Positions 1 through 12,050 of a stretch of DNA of 64,000 nt are shown piece after piece. The DNA is from Stegostoma tigrinum (Eukaryota). Position 1 is the first letter of the stretch. Every line of letters starts with the position of its first letter. Made by a program: the position numbers and the translations under genes. The stretch lies in contig NC_081365.1 in assembly GCF_030684315.1 (NCBI RefSeq), forward strand, positions 56,908,481 through 56,972,480, given 5' to 3'. Under the pieces are notes generated by a model, which was not told where the DNA came from, did no database searches, and was given only the letters and a program-made list of their open reading frames with translations.

Positions 1-394
1 ACTGTAGAAACACTCCTTGTGAGTTAATGAGGCATGCCAATCTCAAAGCTGTATTGACTGCTACATTTCTTAATGAGTTCCTGAAGTTTAACCATTTCAT
101 TGGTTCTGGTGCTTATTATTTGTTTAAGTATACAGAAAAATCATCAAGGGAAACATGTTAATCATGAGCGGAAAATGCATACATTGTTAAGAAAGCTGAA
201 ATCCGTGTAACAAACCACAACCAAGATTGAAGAGTGCCTACTATATGCTGAACAGAAAATCCTCGAAGTTAATATTTCTTTTTGTGAAGTTAATTCTGTT
301 GTGTCAGATTCCACAAAGTCTATTTTGACTTCAATGGGTTCAACACACACAAAAAAAGCAGAGACAGCTTTTAAAAATTCCAGTACAAACTTAC

Positions 395-480
395 AGCGAT
401 ACTTGTCCTCAAGATGTGCTTTGCACAGTGATATGATGCCACTCTTAAAGGATAGGACACGAATCTTCCCTGTTCGACCA
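395..480 (-). CDS. DMD: Dystrophin internal exon equivalent to human exon 66 (EF-hand region)
   Basis: 86 nt, flanked by ...ctgtctag acceptor and gtaagt donor on the minus strand; translates (T)[28 protein letters not shown](Y), matching dystrophin exon 66 in length, phase and sequence. Confidence 0.96.
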
Positions 481-784
481 CTAGACAGACAGAAAAGAAA
501 ATCACATTGGACTTATCGGTGATACATTCCTAATGGACTCGATTGAGATTTACTCATGAGGAAATGAGTTGTGCACATTATGCAGTGCTAGAGGATAGGC
601 TGAAATTCCAGAACCTTGGAACGTGACGCAAAACAAATCATAATCCCTCGAAATCTCAGAACTGTGAGCACTAAAGATGAATCAGGCAAAATGGGGTAAA
701 ATTACAGCACACTGATGTAACACTTGAAAAAACCCTTTTGAGGCTCAAAGACAAAACAGTATTTCACATAAATCCAATTTTAGG

Positions 785-985
785 TAAGGTGAAGGTGCCA
801 TATAATCTGACCAAACCACTGGGCTGCTATCTCATTAGACAACTGGTGGTGGTTTAACCTGCGAGACATCTCACCTCAAGACAGAGGTGAGGTTGAGGAG
901 GAGAATAGTTGTGGAAATTGAACCCACACTGTTGGCTTCACTTTGCATCACAAACCAGCCATCCAGCCAACTGAGCTAACTGCCA
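785..985 (-). mobile_element. tRNA-derived SINE fragment
   Basis: Minus-strand head ggcagttagctcagttgg...gggttcaatt with A/B-box-like motifs; related body sequence recurs near 24575-24690 and 41610-41740. Confidence 0.6.
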
Positions 986-2574
986 TCCCAACTTTTACCA
1001 GACAGTGATTTGTAAACGTATTTATTTCTTAATGAATGTTAGAGGAACCCAGGATTACATTTAACTCAGTGCCATTAACAAGCCATACTTAGAGGTCTAA
1101 TAATGTCACAACAGAAACTTGTCTCGATCAACACCTTCAGTACTCTGAATAAATATTTGTTACATATCTATATTTGCATATCTGTGAGTACTAAAGACTG
1201 ACAACTAATTTTTGCTCTTTGCATTTAACTAAATTATAGCCTTGAAAATTACAAACACCACCGACAAATGAGTCATTTAGCTTTATAAACTCCAATCTTT
1301 GCAAGGTTTAAAGGACCATTACCATCACAAAAGAGAGCTTTTATCATAAGAGAACAGCCTGAACAACTAAGTTTCAAATCTCCATGACAATGTGAGCACG
1401 AACAAATAACTGTTGCAATGTCATATGCTTAGTCAAGGCAACTTAAGTTTTACAAACACTTTTTCATGGAAGGTAGTGCCTTTTTCTTTTTTTTTTCCCC
1501 CAAATGTGCAAATGTTAAGAAACAACAGTGGCCATTTCAATCTAATTCTCTGGAAAGGGCAGCCATGAGATTGAGTGTGTCTTTTTTTTAAACCCTGGCC
1601 AACATTAGTTCCAACAACTTCATACACCTTCAATGGAGCGATCAGGTTAAAACTACTGTAAATTGTGTTAATATCCACCAATATTCAAGCCAAGTACTGA
1701 ATCAACTTTACAATCCTGTGCTTAGATTTTGTACAAGTCAAGAAAGAATTAGAAATCCTAGAAGTTACTGAAAGCGCATGGACTGAAACCATATCTAGCC
1801 CTTAACTGCATCTATTGCCTGGTGTGGTGCTGGGCCCCATATAGTTTGAAAGTAAGTGTTTAGTCTCTAGTACGTGCTTCATTGAGGAAGTACAGGAGGA
1901 GGATATAGATTCAGGATTGCTATACTTGAAAGTGGAGAGAAGTGAAATCATTTCCACAGCTTTCAAATTTAATTTAGGTTTGGAGTGATTAATTGAGCCT
2001 GGATCCCAGAAATATTCAACTCCAGGCTACCTTAATTTTGCGGAGCTCAGCTTTCAGGCAAAGCATCTCAATATGATTATTATGGCTTGCAATGAGAATT
2101 TGCAACAAAGAAGTATGCAATGAAAGCATCTGCACACTGGAGATAAATCTGAACTTATAACTGCGTGGGTATTGCCAGTATCTCAGCCAAGCATATAATG
2201 TACTGTCAATATTTACTGTTTTCTCACTCCCTCAGAATGCAGTGTCTCCATTATAAGGACTTTTGGGTAGGCAATCAACTTGCGAAATGGATACAACCAC
2301 ACAAAAAAGTCCTGAATTTGCACAGAGATTGCAAACCAACATCCCACTGTTCTTTCTGATTATTTTGCTTTTCATTTAAAGGAAAATGGCTGCTTCAAAC
2401 TGTTACATTTAACATTGAGCTTTTCAGCTACGAGCAGTAGGAGGGATAGCTGGTGCCGAAGATTATAAACCATATTCTGCTTTGTAATGTTGTTGTTCGA
2501 ACAATTTCTTTGTTCATCTGTTCCCCAGCTCTTAAAAATATGAAGTGCAAGGATGTATTTTCATACCATCAACA

Positions 2575-3112
2575 GGGAATTAGGTCTCCCTACTTGAGGG
2601 AGAGTGTCTTGGCACTGGACAGGTTGCAGAAGAGATTCACTAGGTTGATTCCAGAGTGAAGGGGGTTTGCATATGAGAGGAGAGGATGATTTGACTGGGA
2701 TTATATTCATTGGAATTTAGAAGAATGAGGGGGGGGGATTGGATCTTATAGAAACATATAAAATGAAGAAGAGAATAGATAAGAGAGAAGCAGGAAGATT
2801 GTTTCCATTGGCTGGTGAAACTAGAACAAGGAGGGTGTAGCCTCAAAATTAGGGGGACCACTTTTAGGATTGAATTACCCAAAGGGTTGTGAATCTGTGG
2901 AATCCCTGCCCAGTGAAGTAGTTGAAGCTTCCTCACTGAATGCTTTTAAAGCTAAGATAGATAATTCTTCGAAGAGTAAAGGAATTAAGGGTTATGATGA
3001 GAGAGTGGCTAAGTGGAATTGAGGCCTGAAAAGATCAGCCATGGTCGTATTGAAAGGCGGAGTGGGCTCGAAGGGCCAGATGGCCTAGTCTTGCTCCTGG
3101 TTCTTATGTTCT
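2575..3112 (+). mobile_element. CR1 LINE 3' fragment
   Basis: RT C-terminal remnant (SPYLRESVLALDRLQKRFTRLIPE) followed by CR1 3' UTR ending ...ctcctggttcttatgttctt. Confidence 0.85.
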
Positions 3113-3960
3113 TAAATCTTTCCCATCTCACGGTAAACCTATGCCCTCTAGTTTTGGATCCTGGGGAAAAGACCTTGTCTATCCACCCGATCATGTCCCT
3201 CAAGATTTTATAAATCTCTATAAGTTCACCCCTCAGCCTCCAATGCTCCAGGGAAAATAGTCCCAGCCCATTCAGCCTCTCCCTATAGGTCAAACCCTCC
3301 AACCCTGGCAACATCCTTGTAAGTCTTTTCTCATCCCTTTCAATTTTAATTGCATCCTTCCGATGGCAGGGAGACCCGAACTGAATGCAGCATTCCAAAA
3401 ATGGCCTAACCAATGTCCCAATCAGCTGCAACGTGACTTCCCAACTCCTACACTCAATGCACTGATCAAAGAAGGCAAGCACATCAAAAACGTTTTTCCC
3501 TATCCTGTCTACTTGTGACTCCACTTTCAAGGAACTATGAACCTGCACTCCAAGGTGTTTTTATTCAGCAACGCTATCCAGGACCTTACCATCAAGTGCC
3601 TAAGTCCTGCCCTGATTTGCCTTCCCAAAATGCAACAGCTCATAATTATTGAGCATAAACTCCCTCTGCCACTCCTCAGCCCATTGTCCGATCGGATCAA
3701 GGTCTTGTTAAACTCTGAGGTAACCTTCTTCGCTGCTTAATAACCTCCAATTGTGGGATCATCTGCAAACTTACTAACCATACCTCCAACGTTCACATCT
3801 AAATCATTGATGTAAGTGAAGAAAAACAGTGGACACAGCACCGATCCTTGACACACACCACTGGTCACAGGCCTCCAGCCTGAAAAGCATACCTCCACTA
3901 CCATCCTCCGTCTTCGAGCCAGTTCTATATCCAAATAGCTACTTCTCCTTGTATTCCATC
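3113..3960 (-). mobile_element. CR1 (HER1-like) LINE fragment
   Basis: ORFs 3009..3548 and 3737..4072 show CR1 RT motifs (VTSGVCQGSVL, YINDLD, SKFADD, LVRPFLECCIQF). Confidence 0.88.
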
Positions 3961-4023
3961 TATATTTCAAATGAACATGCCTCCTCCGCAAACTCCAATC
4001 AGTACATTCCAGACTGAACCATT

Positions 4024-4249
4024 CAAGATAATGAAATATGAGGCTGGATGAACACAGCAGGCCCAGCAGCATCTCAGGAGCACAAAAGCTGACGTTTCAG
4101 GACCTAGACGCTTCATCAGATGATCTGATGAAGGGTCTAGGCCCGAAACATCAGCTTTTGTGCTCCTGAGATGCTGCTGGGCCTGCTGTGTTCATCCAGC
4201 CTCACATTTCATTATCTTGGATTCTCCAGCATCTGCAGTTCCCATTATC
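4024..4249. mobile_element. Fold-back Penelope-derived element with two opposed minimal hammerhead motifs
   Basis: Near-perfect inverted repeat of about 97 bp arms centred near 4122; TSD actgaaccattcaaga at 4013-4028 and 4250-4265; same terminal repeat flanks the GIY-YIG remnant at 47.3-48.3 kb. Confidence 0.85.
4125..4152 (+). ncRNA. Minimal hammerhead ribozyme-like motif
   Basis: CTGATGA-A-GGGTCTAGGCCC-GAAA-CATC: CUGANGA and GAAA boxes, stem II, and an NUH triplet; activity untested. Confidence 0.6.
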
Positions 4250-4269
4250 ACTGAACCATTCAAGAGAAG

Positions 4270-5230
4270 TTTTTACTCATTTCACATTTGCTTCCTTTCC
4301 AAAACACTTTGAACTACGAGCCCCAGTTCTTGATATTTTTAGACACAAGAATAATGTGTCTCTATCATGACTCATGATTTTGAAAACTGCCATCAAATCT
4401 CTTCTTAGCCATTTCCCCTCCAAGGAAAGCTGTCCCAATTTCAACGTGTCTACGTAACTGTAGTGTCTTAGCCCTAACATGATTCTCATAAACCTTTTCT
4501 GCGCACTCTCAAACACATTTGCATCCTTAATACTGTATAGTATCCAGAACATTACACAATACTCAAGCTGACGTCTAACTAGTTTCTTATACAGGCTCAG
4601 CATAATATCCATGCTTTTGTACTCTGTACTCTTACTAATGAAGCCTAGAAGACTTAATACTTCAACAACACTCTCTAACTGTCCTGCCATGATGATCTAT
4701 GCACGTCTAAATACACATAGCTCTGCTCCTGCCCACTCTTAATAGTGCTCCTTATGTTGTGTTGTGTGGTCATTTCATGTTCTTTGCACCAAAAACACAT
4801 TGCCTGACACTTCTTTGCACTGAACGTCTGCCATTTTTCTGCCCATTTAACGCTTGACAATGTCCTTTTAACGATAACAAGGTCTAGAGCTGGATGATGT
4901 CCTTTTAAAGTTCTATTCTGCTCTTCTGAGTTCACAAAGTTTCAAGTGATCCACAAATTCTTAAACTGTCCCTTGAAATCCCAAATCTAAATCATTAAAA
5001 CATATCAGGAAAACCAAAGATCCCAATACAAGTCCCTAGGGACCACCACTGAAAACTTTTCTCCAGCTGTAAAAATATTCCCAAACTAGGGCACTCTCTT
5101 TACAATTCCTGAGCCAATTTTGTATCCACATTGCGACTGCCCCTTTTATTCTATCAGCTATAGCAGTCCTCCAGATTTATCGCATGGTGCTGCAGTGAAC
5201 GTCTCTTGAAAGTTCACATACATCACATGA
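4270..5230 (-). mobile_element. Older CR1 LINE fragment
   Basis: ORF 4277..4690 with SLYKKLVRRQLEYCVMFW and AQKRFMR CR1 motifs; degraded. Confidence 0.8.
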
Positions 5231-5401
5231 ACAGACACGTTAGAGTCAAGATAGCCACCTTTGATATGGTTGTTTTCCAGAAACAAATCGAACTGTCTTG
5301 TAGCCTCCCTACGTATCTTCCCGCCACAACCCTCCCACCAACATCCCTGTCTTCCGGTATTGGTTCTGATTGAGTTAGTTACAGCGTTCAAAGAAACATA
5401 C

Positions 5402-5603
5402 GTGTCATAGACATTGAGGAGCCAGTTAAGACACATGTCCACACAGAGAGGCACATTGACAAGGTTACTATGTTCTTGTTCCAGTCGATCGTAGATTGAA
5501 GTGAGGCAGTTAATTATCTCCAAAATATCCATTAGTTGATCATTTTGCTTGAGATTGTGCTGGTCAAAGGCCTCACAAGCACTTGGCAGAGAAAGAAGAT
5601 CCA
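5402..5603 (-). CDS. DMD: Dystrophin internal exon equivalent to human exon 65 (EF-hand 1)
   Basis: 202 nt, ttttccacag acceptor and gtatgt donor; [66 protein letters not shown](T); contained in ORF 5158..5628. Confidence 0.97.
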
Positions 5604-8600
5604 CTGTGGAAAAATAGGAAAGTAACATTTTAAAATTATGCTGGAGTTATTGGACAAGATTTCTAAAGGCCAAATCAATAAGATGGCATAACTTTGCTGT
5701 AAATTATCCTGCGTGCGTCAGCATTGCAATTCACGATGGGGCAAGTAAAATTATTCTGCATTATCCTATTTCAATATTGTCAATCAGAACTAATTTATTC
5801 CTCAATAAAAGAACAATATCTGAAGAGGGAGCAGAAGCATCAGCACACAAGCCCTCTTTTTCACTTGAGCATCATAAAACCTACTGTCTGTAGTATACAA
5901 GTTCAGAGCAAAGATTTAATGCATATACAAGCTGTGAATACCAGCAGCAAAATCCCATCGCAAATACAGACCATGAAATTCAGTAATAAAACCCAGCCAT
6001 AGATACAGACTGTGGGTATAAGAAACAAAATTGCACTCCAACGACAATGTGTGAAGTTCTATGATCTGATCAACCCTCAGTGTGGCCCTCCAATTTTCAC
6101 AAAAAAGTGTACATTTCTCCAATGCAACAGATTGCATATTCACTCTGTTTGAAACTTGTCTTGCATTTTGCTGGAATCTGTGCCCTCACTAATTTATTGA
6201 CGTCACTATATTCTGATGAAGGACTCTACACTTTATTTCAGCTTGCTGCAAATCATACATTTGAATAATGATGAGATTGATGAGATCACTAGTTATGCTT
6301 TTAGTCCCAAGCTATCGATCTTATAGCTCAATGTAAGCTTTCTAAAGTTTGTACTTCAACAGGAAGAATTTAAGAGCGACTGACTGTGGAACCTGCATAA
6401 TCTGAAGTCAGTTCCTGGGAGACCATGCAAATCAAGATTTATAATACACACCTACTGCCTCTCATCCTTATAAATGGAAGAAGATTACATCCCCATAATG
6501 GCTGTTATAAACCGGTCACTGCAAATATCCACAACCGAATTCTATCATGATCCGGGTGCACAAAACATCAGCAGAATTATACCATGATTTTAACACAAGC
6601 GCATGTGTGTTTGGGTTTGGGGATGGAGAATGGGATAAGATTGTGTGGCAATGTCGTACCACAACCTCATCAGGTCTGAAATTGTATTGTATCTTTAATG
6701 GGCAGAGTTAGGCAGACAGGCAATGGTCAAATCCAGAAAATCATAGCCCCTGATATCTCATCTAACAAAATCTGACAGCTTTACACTTTTATTGCAGTGA
6801 GTTGTATGTTCCTGAAAGAGAAGTGGTAATCGAATAAAAACTTGAAGCGGAGTAATCTGTAGGGCCATGGAGAAAGAATACGGAACTAAGTGAACACCTC
6901 TTTCAAGTGCCAGCACCAACATGAGGAGCTGAATGGACTCCAATTGTGCTATATCATATGGAGCAACAGCTGATACTCAATACAAAACAAGAAAACAACA
7001 CACGCTCCTTGAAAAACACACTAACAGAGTAAAATGCTGACACAACGGAGTAAAATAACGGGAATAGTTTGAACAAAAGATGTAGCCAAAGCCCAAGTTT
7101 GCATAACAGCAAATTAAAAACGGGCTCGAAACAAGAAGTAACATATATTTAATGCACACATGTGGATAACTTGGCAGAACAATATAGCTACACAGTAAGA
7201 CAGTGATCACATCTGAGCTGTAGGTCTTGCTTTGCTGCTGTGTGTCACACCACAATAACCAAATGATCCATGTTCCTCTAATACACATAAATCAAGAGCT
7301 AGTCTTTGAAAAAGTCATCATGATGTGCAGCTTGTTGCCAAGGTATTGGTTACTTTGTGTACCTTCAATAGATATAATTTAGGGGCAACCTATTTCAAAT
7401 GAAACTTATTCTTACTTAATTAGTTGAGCTACCTTTACAAACCTTCCTTTTCAAAAGTTCAACAACATGAATTGGCATGCAAATACTCATTGAACTATAT
7501 TAAGTTGAGGGCCTTGTCAGATATCAACAATCAACTATACCGTTTGTTACAATAGTTCCCGCAAGGAACTGAAAAACACTGTTCTCCTAATGTCAATTTA
7601 TTTGTGGAATTGGAGATGTGTGACTAGCATCACAACACTTTTATCGATGTGCTAATGAAGTGATAGCTAGATCCCCTTGAGGAAAATAATCAATGATAAC
7701 TAATTGATTCATTCAAGCAGTTTTGATGTAGTTTAATTAGAGACAAAGCCTTAGTCTAAATGGATCAAAGTTTGGAAAGACATTCGCAATCATTTCAGAA
7801 TGTACACACAACCCAAACTGACATGACATCTATTTGGTAAACGGATCAATGTTTTAAAAACAGTAAAACATTAAATTGCAATTAGCCTGAAGCTTTTAAT
7901 ATCAGAAAGATCTTGGAAGCTGATGTTGCAAGCTGAAGATTCTGCATCATTTATGTGATTCCAAAAATATGCAATTATAAAAGCACATTTTCATATTTAA
8001 GAATACAGGACAGAAGTAACTGCATTGTATTCATTACTTTATAATTTCAGCTGAACGTCTTTATTACCACCAAAGTGAAGCACACACCTAATGCTTGCAT
8101 TTTGTGCATGATTGCTTGTGACTCACATTCATGTTCAGAATTTACCATGGGATTTGTTGTTTGAAGTAAGACAATTGCCTTACTTCCATAATAAAAAATT
8201 GTGACAAATACATCATAATAGGGTTTCTTTCTGTTTGACACTTTCATCAACTTAATACGTATTCAATAATGTAATCCCTAGAATGCCACGAAACTGCCCT
8301 GACACAAACAAGTATTTGCAAGTTCTTTTGGTAATGTTGTCACCGACAGTATCATTTAGTGGTGTAATCCTGAACATGTTGAATCTGGATTGTCGAACTG
8401 GAGGCTTATGAATAATGATCACTTCAAAGTAATGGAGGGCAACCAGTCTCTACAGAACTGTTTCCCAGCAGGGAGTCAATACACTTAGAAGAGAGAGGGG
8501 GATGAGAAGATTGGCATGGTTAAAAAATTTGCACCCCTGATATTGACCTCAAATACACTCAGACCAAACCGTGATTAGCAAAACTGGTGCAGAAACCTCT

Positions 8601-9274
8601 TAAGACACACTAATGCGTGAGAAAAATTTTATGGACAAATAATTGTTGCATTTCAGTTGGGAAAATGGAATTAATATGTGTGGATCACAAGTAACACAAT
8701 TTGTGATAAAATAAAACTATCAACACAGGAAAGTGCAACTGCTTTGTCTGCATTTCACAAAAAAAATCCTTGAGTCTGATTCTCAACATAGTAATGATGG
8801 GCTGCTAATAAAAAGCCAGAAAAGCTGGGGAGACAAGGGGGCAGAAACTGGGTAGGATGGCTGCTTTGCTCAGTGGTAACTTGCATAGAATCGTAGCATC
8901 CCTGCAGCATGGAGAGGCGCCATTAGGACAAGTGGGCATCCCAGCCCTCACCCTATCCCTATCCTAACTCTATCCCTAGTCCAAGGTGAGGAATGAACCT
9001 GTGACCCTGGGATTGTGATGCAGCAGTGCTCACCAGTGAGCCACCATGACACCTTCTGAGTTGGACAAGGGAATTCTCCCTTTCCTCTCGACAGCCTTAG
9101 GGTGCAGGAACAAGGATTTCATTTTCTGAATGCTGGGTTGATATCCAGCCAGACACCTGCATCAGAAGGAAACTGATATCCTCTTCCCTCTCTAAAACAT
9201 TTCAGATTTGACAACAGGGCTTCTCTACACCCTCCAGTGGCAGAGTAGTGACATGTCCAGCATGGAAATATCGT

Positions 9275-9628
9275 GCATGGTGGCTTAGTGGTTAGCACTG
9301 CTGCCTCACAGCACCAGGGACCCAGGTTTGATTCCAGCCTCGGGCTACTGTGTAGAGTTTGCACATTCTTCCCTTGTCTGCGTGGGTTTCGTCCGGGTGG
9401 TCCGGTTACCTCCCACGGTACAAAGTTGTGCAGGGTAGGTGGATTGGACATGCTAAATTGCCCGTAGCACCCAGGGATGTTAGGTTAGGTGAGTTAGACA
9501 TGGAAAATGCAGGGGTAGGGGAATGAGTCTGGGTGGGACGCTCTTCGGAGGAGCGGTGTGGGCTTGATGGGCCGAATGGCCTGTTTCCACAGAATAGAAT
9601 CATAGATTCCCTACAGTATGATTCAATC
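9275..9628 (+). mobile_element. HE1-type V-SINE
   Basis: tRNA-like head (tggcttagtggttagc...ggtttgattcc), V-domain gagtttgcacattct...gtctgcgtgggtttc, CR1-derived tail gggccgaatggcctgtttccac. Confidence 0.85.
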
Positions 9629-9759
9629 ATCCATCAATGTAGCTCATTTTCCTGACATGAAACGTGGGTAAGGTTAACAATCTGGCCACGTAAAAACATT
9701 TGTTAGGAAATCACGCAGAAGTTGGCCTGCTCACTGCAAAGCTGGCAAATTTTAAAAGT

Positions 9760-10065
9760 CAGAGATAACAAAGTGTGGAGCTGGATGAACACAGCAGGAC
9801 AAGCAGCATCTAAGGAGCACAAGAGCTGACGTTTTGGGCCTAGACCCTTCATCAGAAAAGGGGGATGGGGAGTGGGTTCTGAAATAAATAGGGAGAGAGG
9901 GGGAGGCGGATTGAAGGTGGTTAGAGGAGAAGATAGGTGGCAAGGAGACAGACAAGTTAAAGGGGTGGGGATGGAGCCTGTGGAGGTGAGAGTAGGTGGG
10001 GACGGAGGGAGGAGATAGGTCAGTCCAGAGAGGATGGACAGTTCACAGGGCGGGATGAGGCAAGG
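9760..10065 (-). mobile_element. Penelope-like element 3' terminal fragment
   Basis: Reverse complement of 24740-25070 and 47965-48275; hammerhead-like motif at 9828-9855 (GAAA changed to AAAA). Confidence 0.8.
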
Positions 10066-10613
10066 AGGCAAAACGTCATGTTCCCACGATTCAAAGCCTT
10101 GGTTAGATAAGACTTGGAGTATTGTGAACTGTTCACGGCATAATTCAATAGGAACAATATTTTGTCCATAGATCAAGTGCAGTAAAGAGTTAGCAGAATG
10201 ATACATGGACTCCAAAGGTTAAATTATTATGAGAGATTATGCAAACTAGAATTGCTTTTTTTAAAAAATTTTAACATTATGATGTAACATTATCAAGGTT
10301 TTCAAGAAACTATGAAAAAATTATATGTTTGAGAGAAAGAAAATATCTCTACTGATTAGGAAGTCTGGGTTTAGATGACATAACCACAAATTGAGGCTTC
10401 TCAGAAGTGAAGCTTGTAACGAGTAGGTAAAGTCTGGAACTCCTCCATAAATGGGAATTGATGCTGGGTCAATTGTTAGTTTTATTCTGAAACTGAGTTT
10501 TTTTTTGTTAACCAAATACGTTCAAAAGATAATTGGCAAAAACTGGATACATGGCGTTGGGTCACAAATCAGTCATGATCTCGGAGCAATGGGACAGGTT
10601 TGAAGGGGTAAAT

Positions 10614-10779
10614 TTGGTTGGAGACAAAAAAACTGCAGCTGCTGGAATCCAAGGTAGACAAACAAGAGGCTGGAAGAACACAGCAAGCCAGGCAGCATGT
10701 GGAGGAAGGGAGAAGTGAACATTTCAGGTATTTGTAATGCTGCCTGATGCTCTATTCTTCCAGCCTCCTATTTATCTTC
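10614..10779. mobile_element. Older fold-back Penelope-derived element
   Basis: Arms gaggctggaagaacacagca..ggcagcat / atgctgcc..ttcttccagcctc; TSD tttgaaggggtaaat at 10599-10613 and 10780-10794. Confidence 0.7.
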
Positions 10780-10800
10780 TTTGAAGGGGTAAATAGCTTA

Positions 10801-10941
<141 letters not shown>

Positions 10942-11039
10942 TCAGCAGTGTTTGCGAGTAGGTATGGATTTCAGCACAAAATTTCATCGCTTTCAACATT
11001 AATGCACATTTTATAACTGTAGCTCAACGAACACACATC

Positions 11040-12050
11040 TTAATAAGGTGAGCGTCCATGGTGTTGGAACATGTTATCAACGTGGGCAAATAACTGGGCA
11101 ACTAATAGCAGAGAGAATTGGGTTAAAGAGGTGCATCTAGTGGTGTGCCACATGGATCAGCAATAAGGCCACAATTATATACAGTATCTGTTAATGACTT
11201 GGACAAGGTAAGTAAATGTACTGTCACCAAGTTTGCAGATAGAAGGCAAGGGATAAAGACAAAAGAGGGTCTGTACAGGGCCATAGATGAGTGAGTGGGC
11301 AGAAACTTACTGGATGGAACATATTGAAGGAAAAATCAAAGTAATGCTCTTTGCCAAGAACAGAAGAATGGAATACTAATTAAGTAGAAGCCGCACACAG
11401 AGAAACTTGGGGGTCCTTGTGGATGAATCACAATAAGCTGGTGTCCAAGATCAACAGGTAATAGAGAAGTCAAAAAGGCTGACAGTCTTCATTTGAAAGG
11501 GATGGAATACACAATTATGGGGGGGGGGGGGGTTATTAAATCTTAACAAAGAACCAGTTAGTCCACATTTAGAACACTGTGAACATTTGGGTCAACTTCT
11601 CTGAGGAAAGACAAATTGACATTAAGGCAATCCAGAGACGGTTCACGAGGTTGATCCTGGGTATGAAAGGGTTTTCTTATTGGGAAAGGTTGTGGCAGGT
11701 TCAGATACCCAATGGAGTTTAGAAGAATAAGAATCAAATTATTGATATTTCGGATTCTCCTTGTGGAACAGTCCAGGAGCAGGCAGTATTTTCTCAGAGC
11801 AAGGGGTTCTGTATTCAAGACAGAGATGTGAAGGAATTTCTTCTCTCAGAGCTCAGTGAGACTGTCTTATTTTTAAATGCAGTGCTCTGCAGTTGGTAGG
11901 TTACTAAGTACATTCAAGACTAAGACAGACAGATTTTCAATCAGTAAGTACATCATGATTAAGGGAATGAGAATATCAGCCACAATCTCACTGCATGGTG
12001 GTGCAGACTTAACGGGCTAAATGGCCGACTTGAATATTAGGATCTAATCT
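11040..12050 (+). mobile_element. Decayed CR1 LINE 3' part
   Basis: agtggtgtgccacatggatcag (SGVPxGS), aagtttgcagat (KFAD) and CR1 3' UTR remnants. Confidence 0.75.

Noticed and set aside
4024-4219. Hairpin as a miRNA precursor or a DNA-transposon MITE
   Set aside because: The arms derive from Penelope terminal repeats, and the TSDs are long and variable rather than the fixed short TSDs of cut-and-paste elements.
5158-5628. 156-aa ORF as a standalone gene
   Set aside because: Only 5402-5603 is dystrophin-like and bounded by AG/GT; the rest is intronic read-through.
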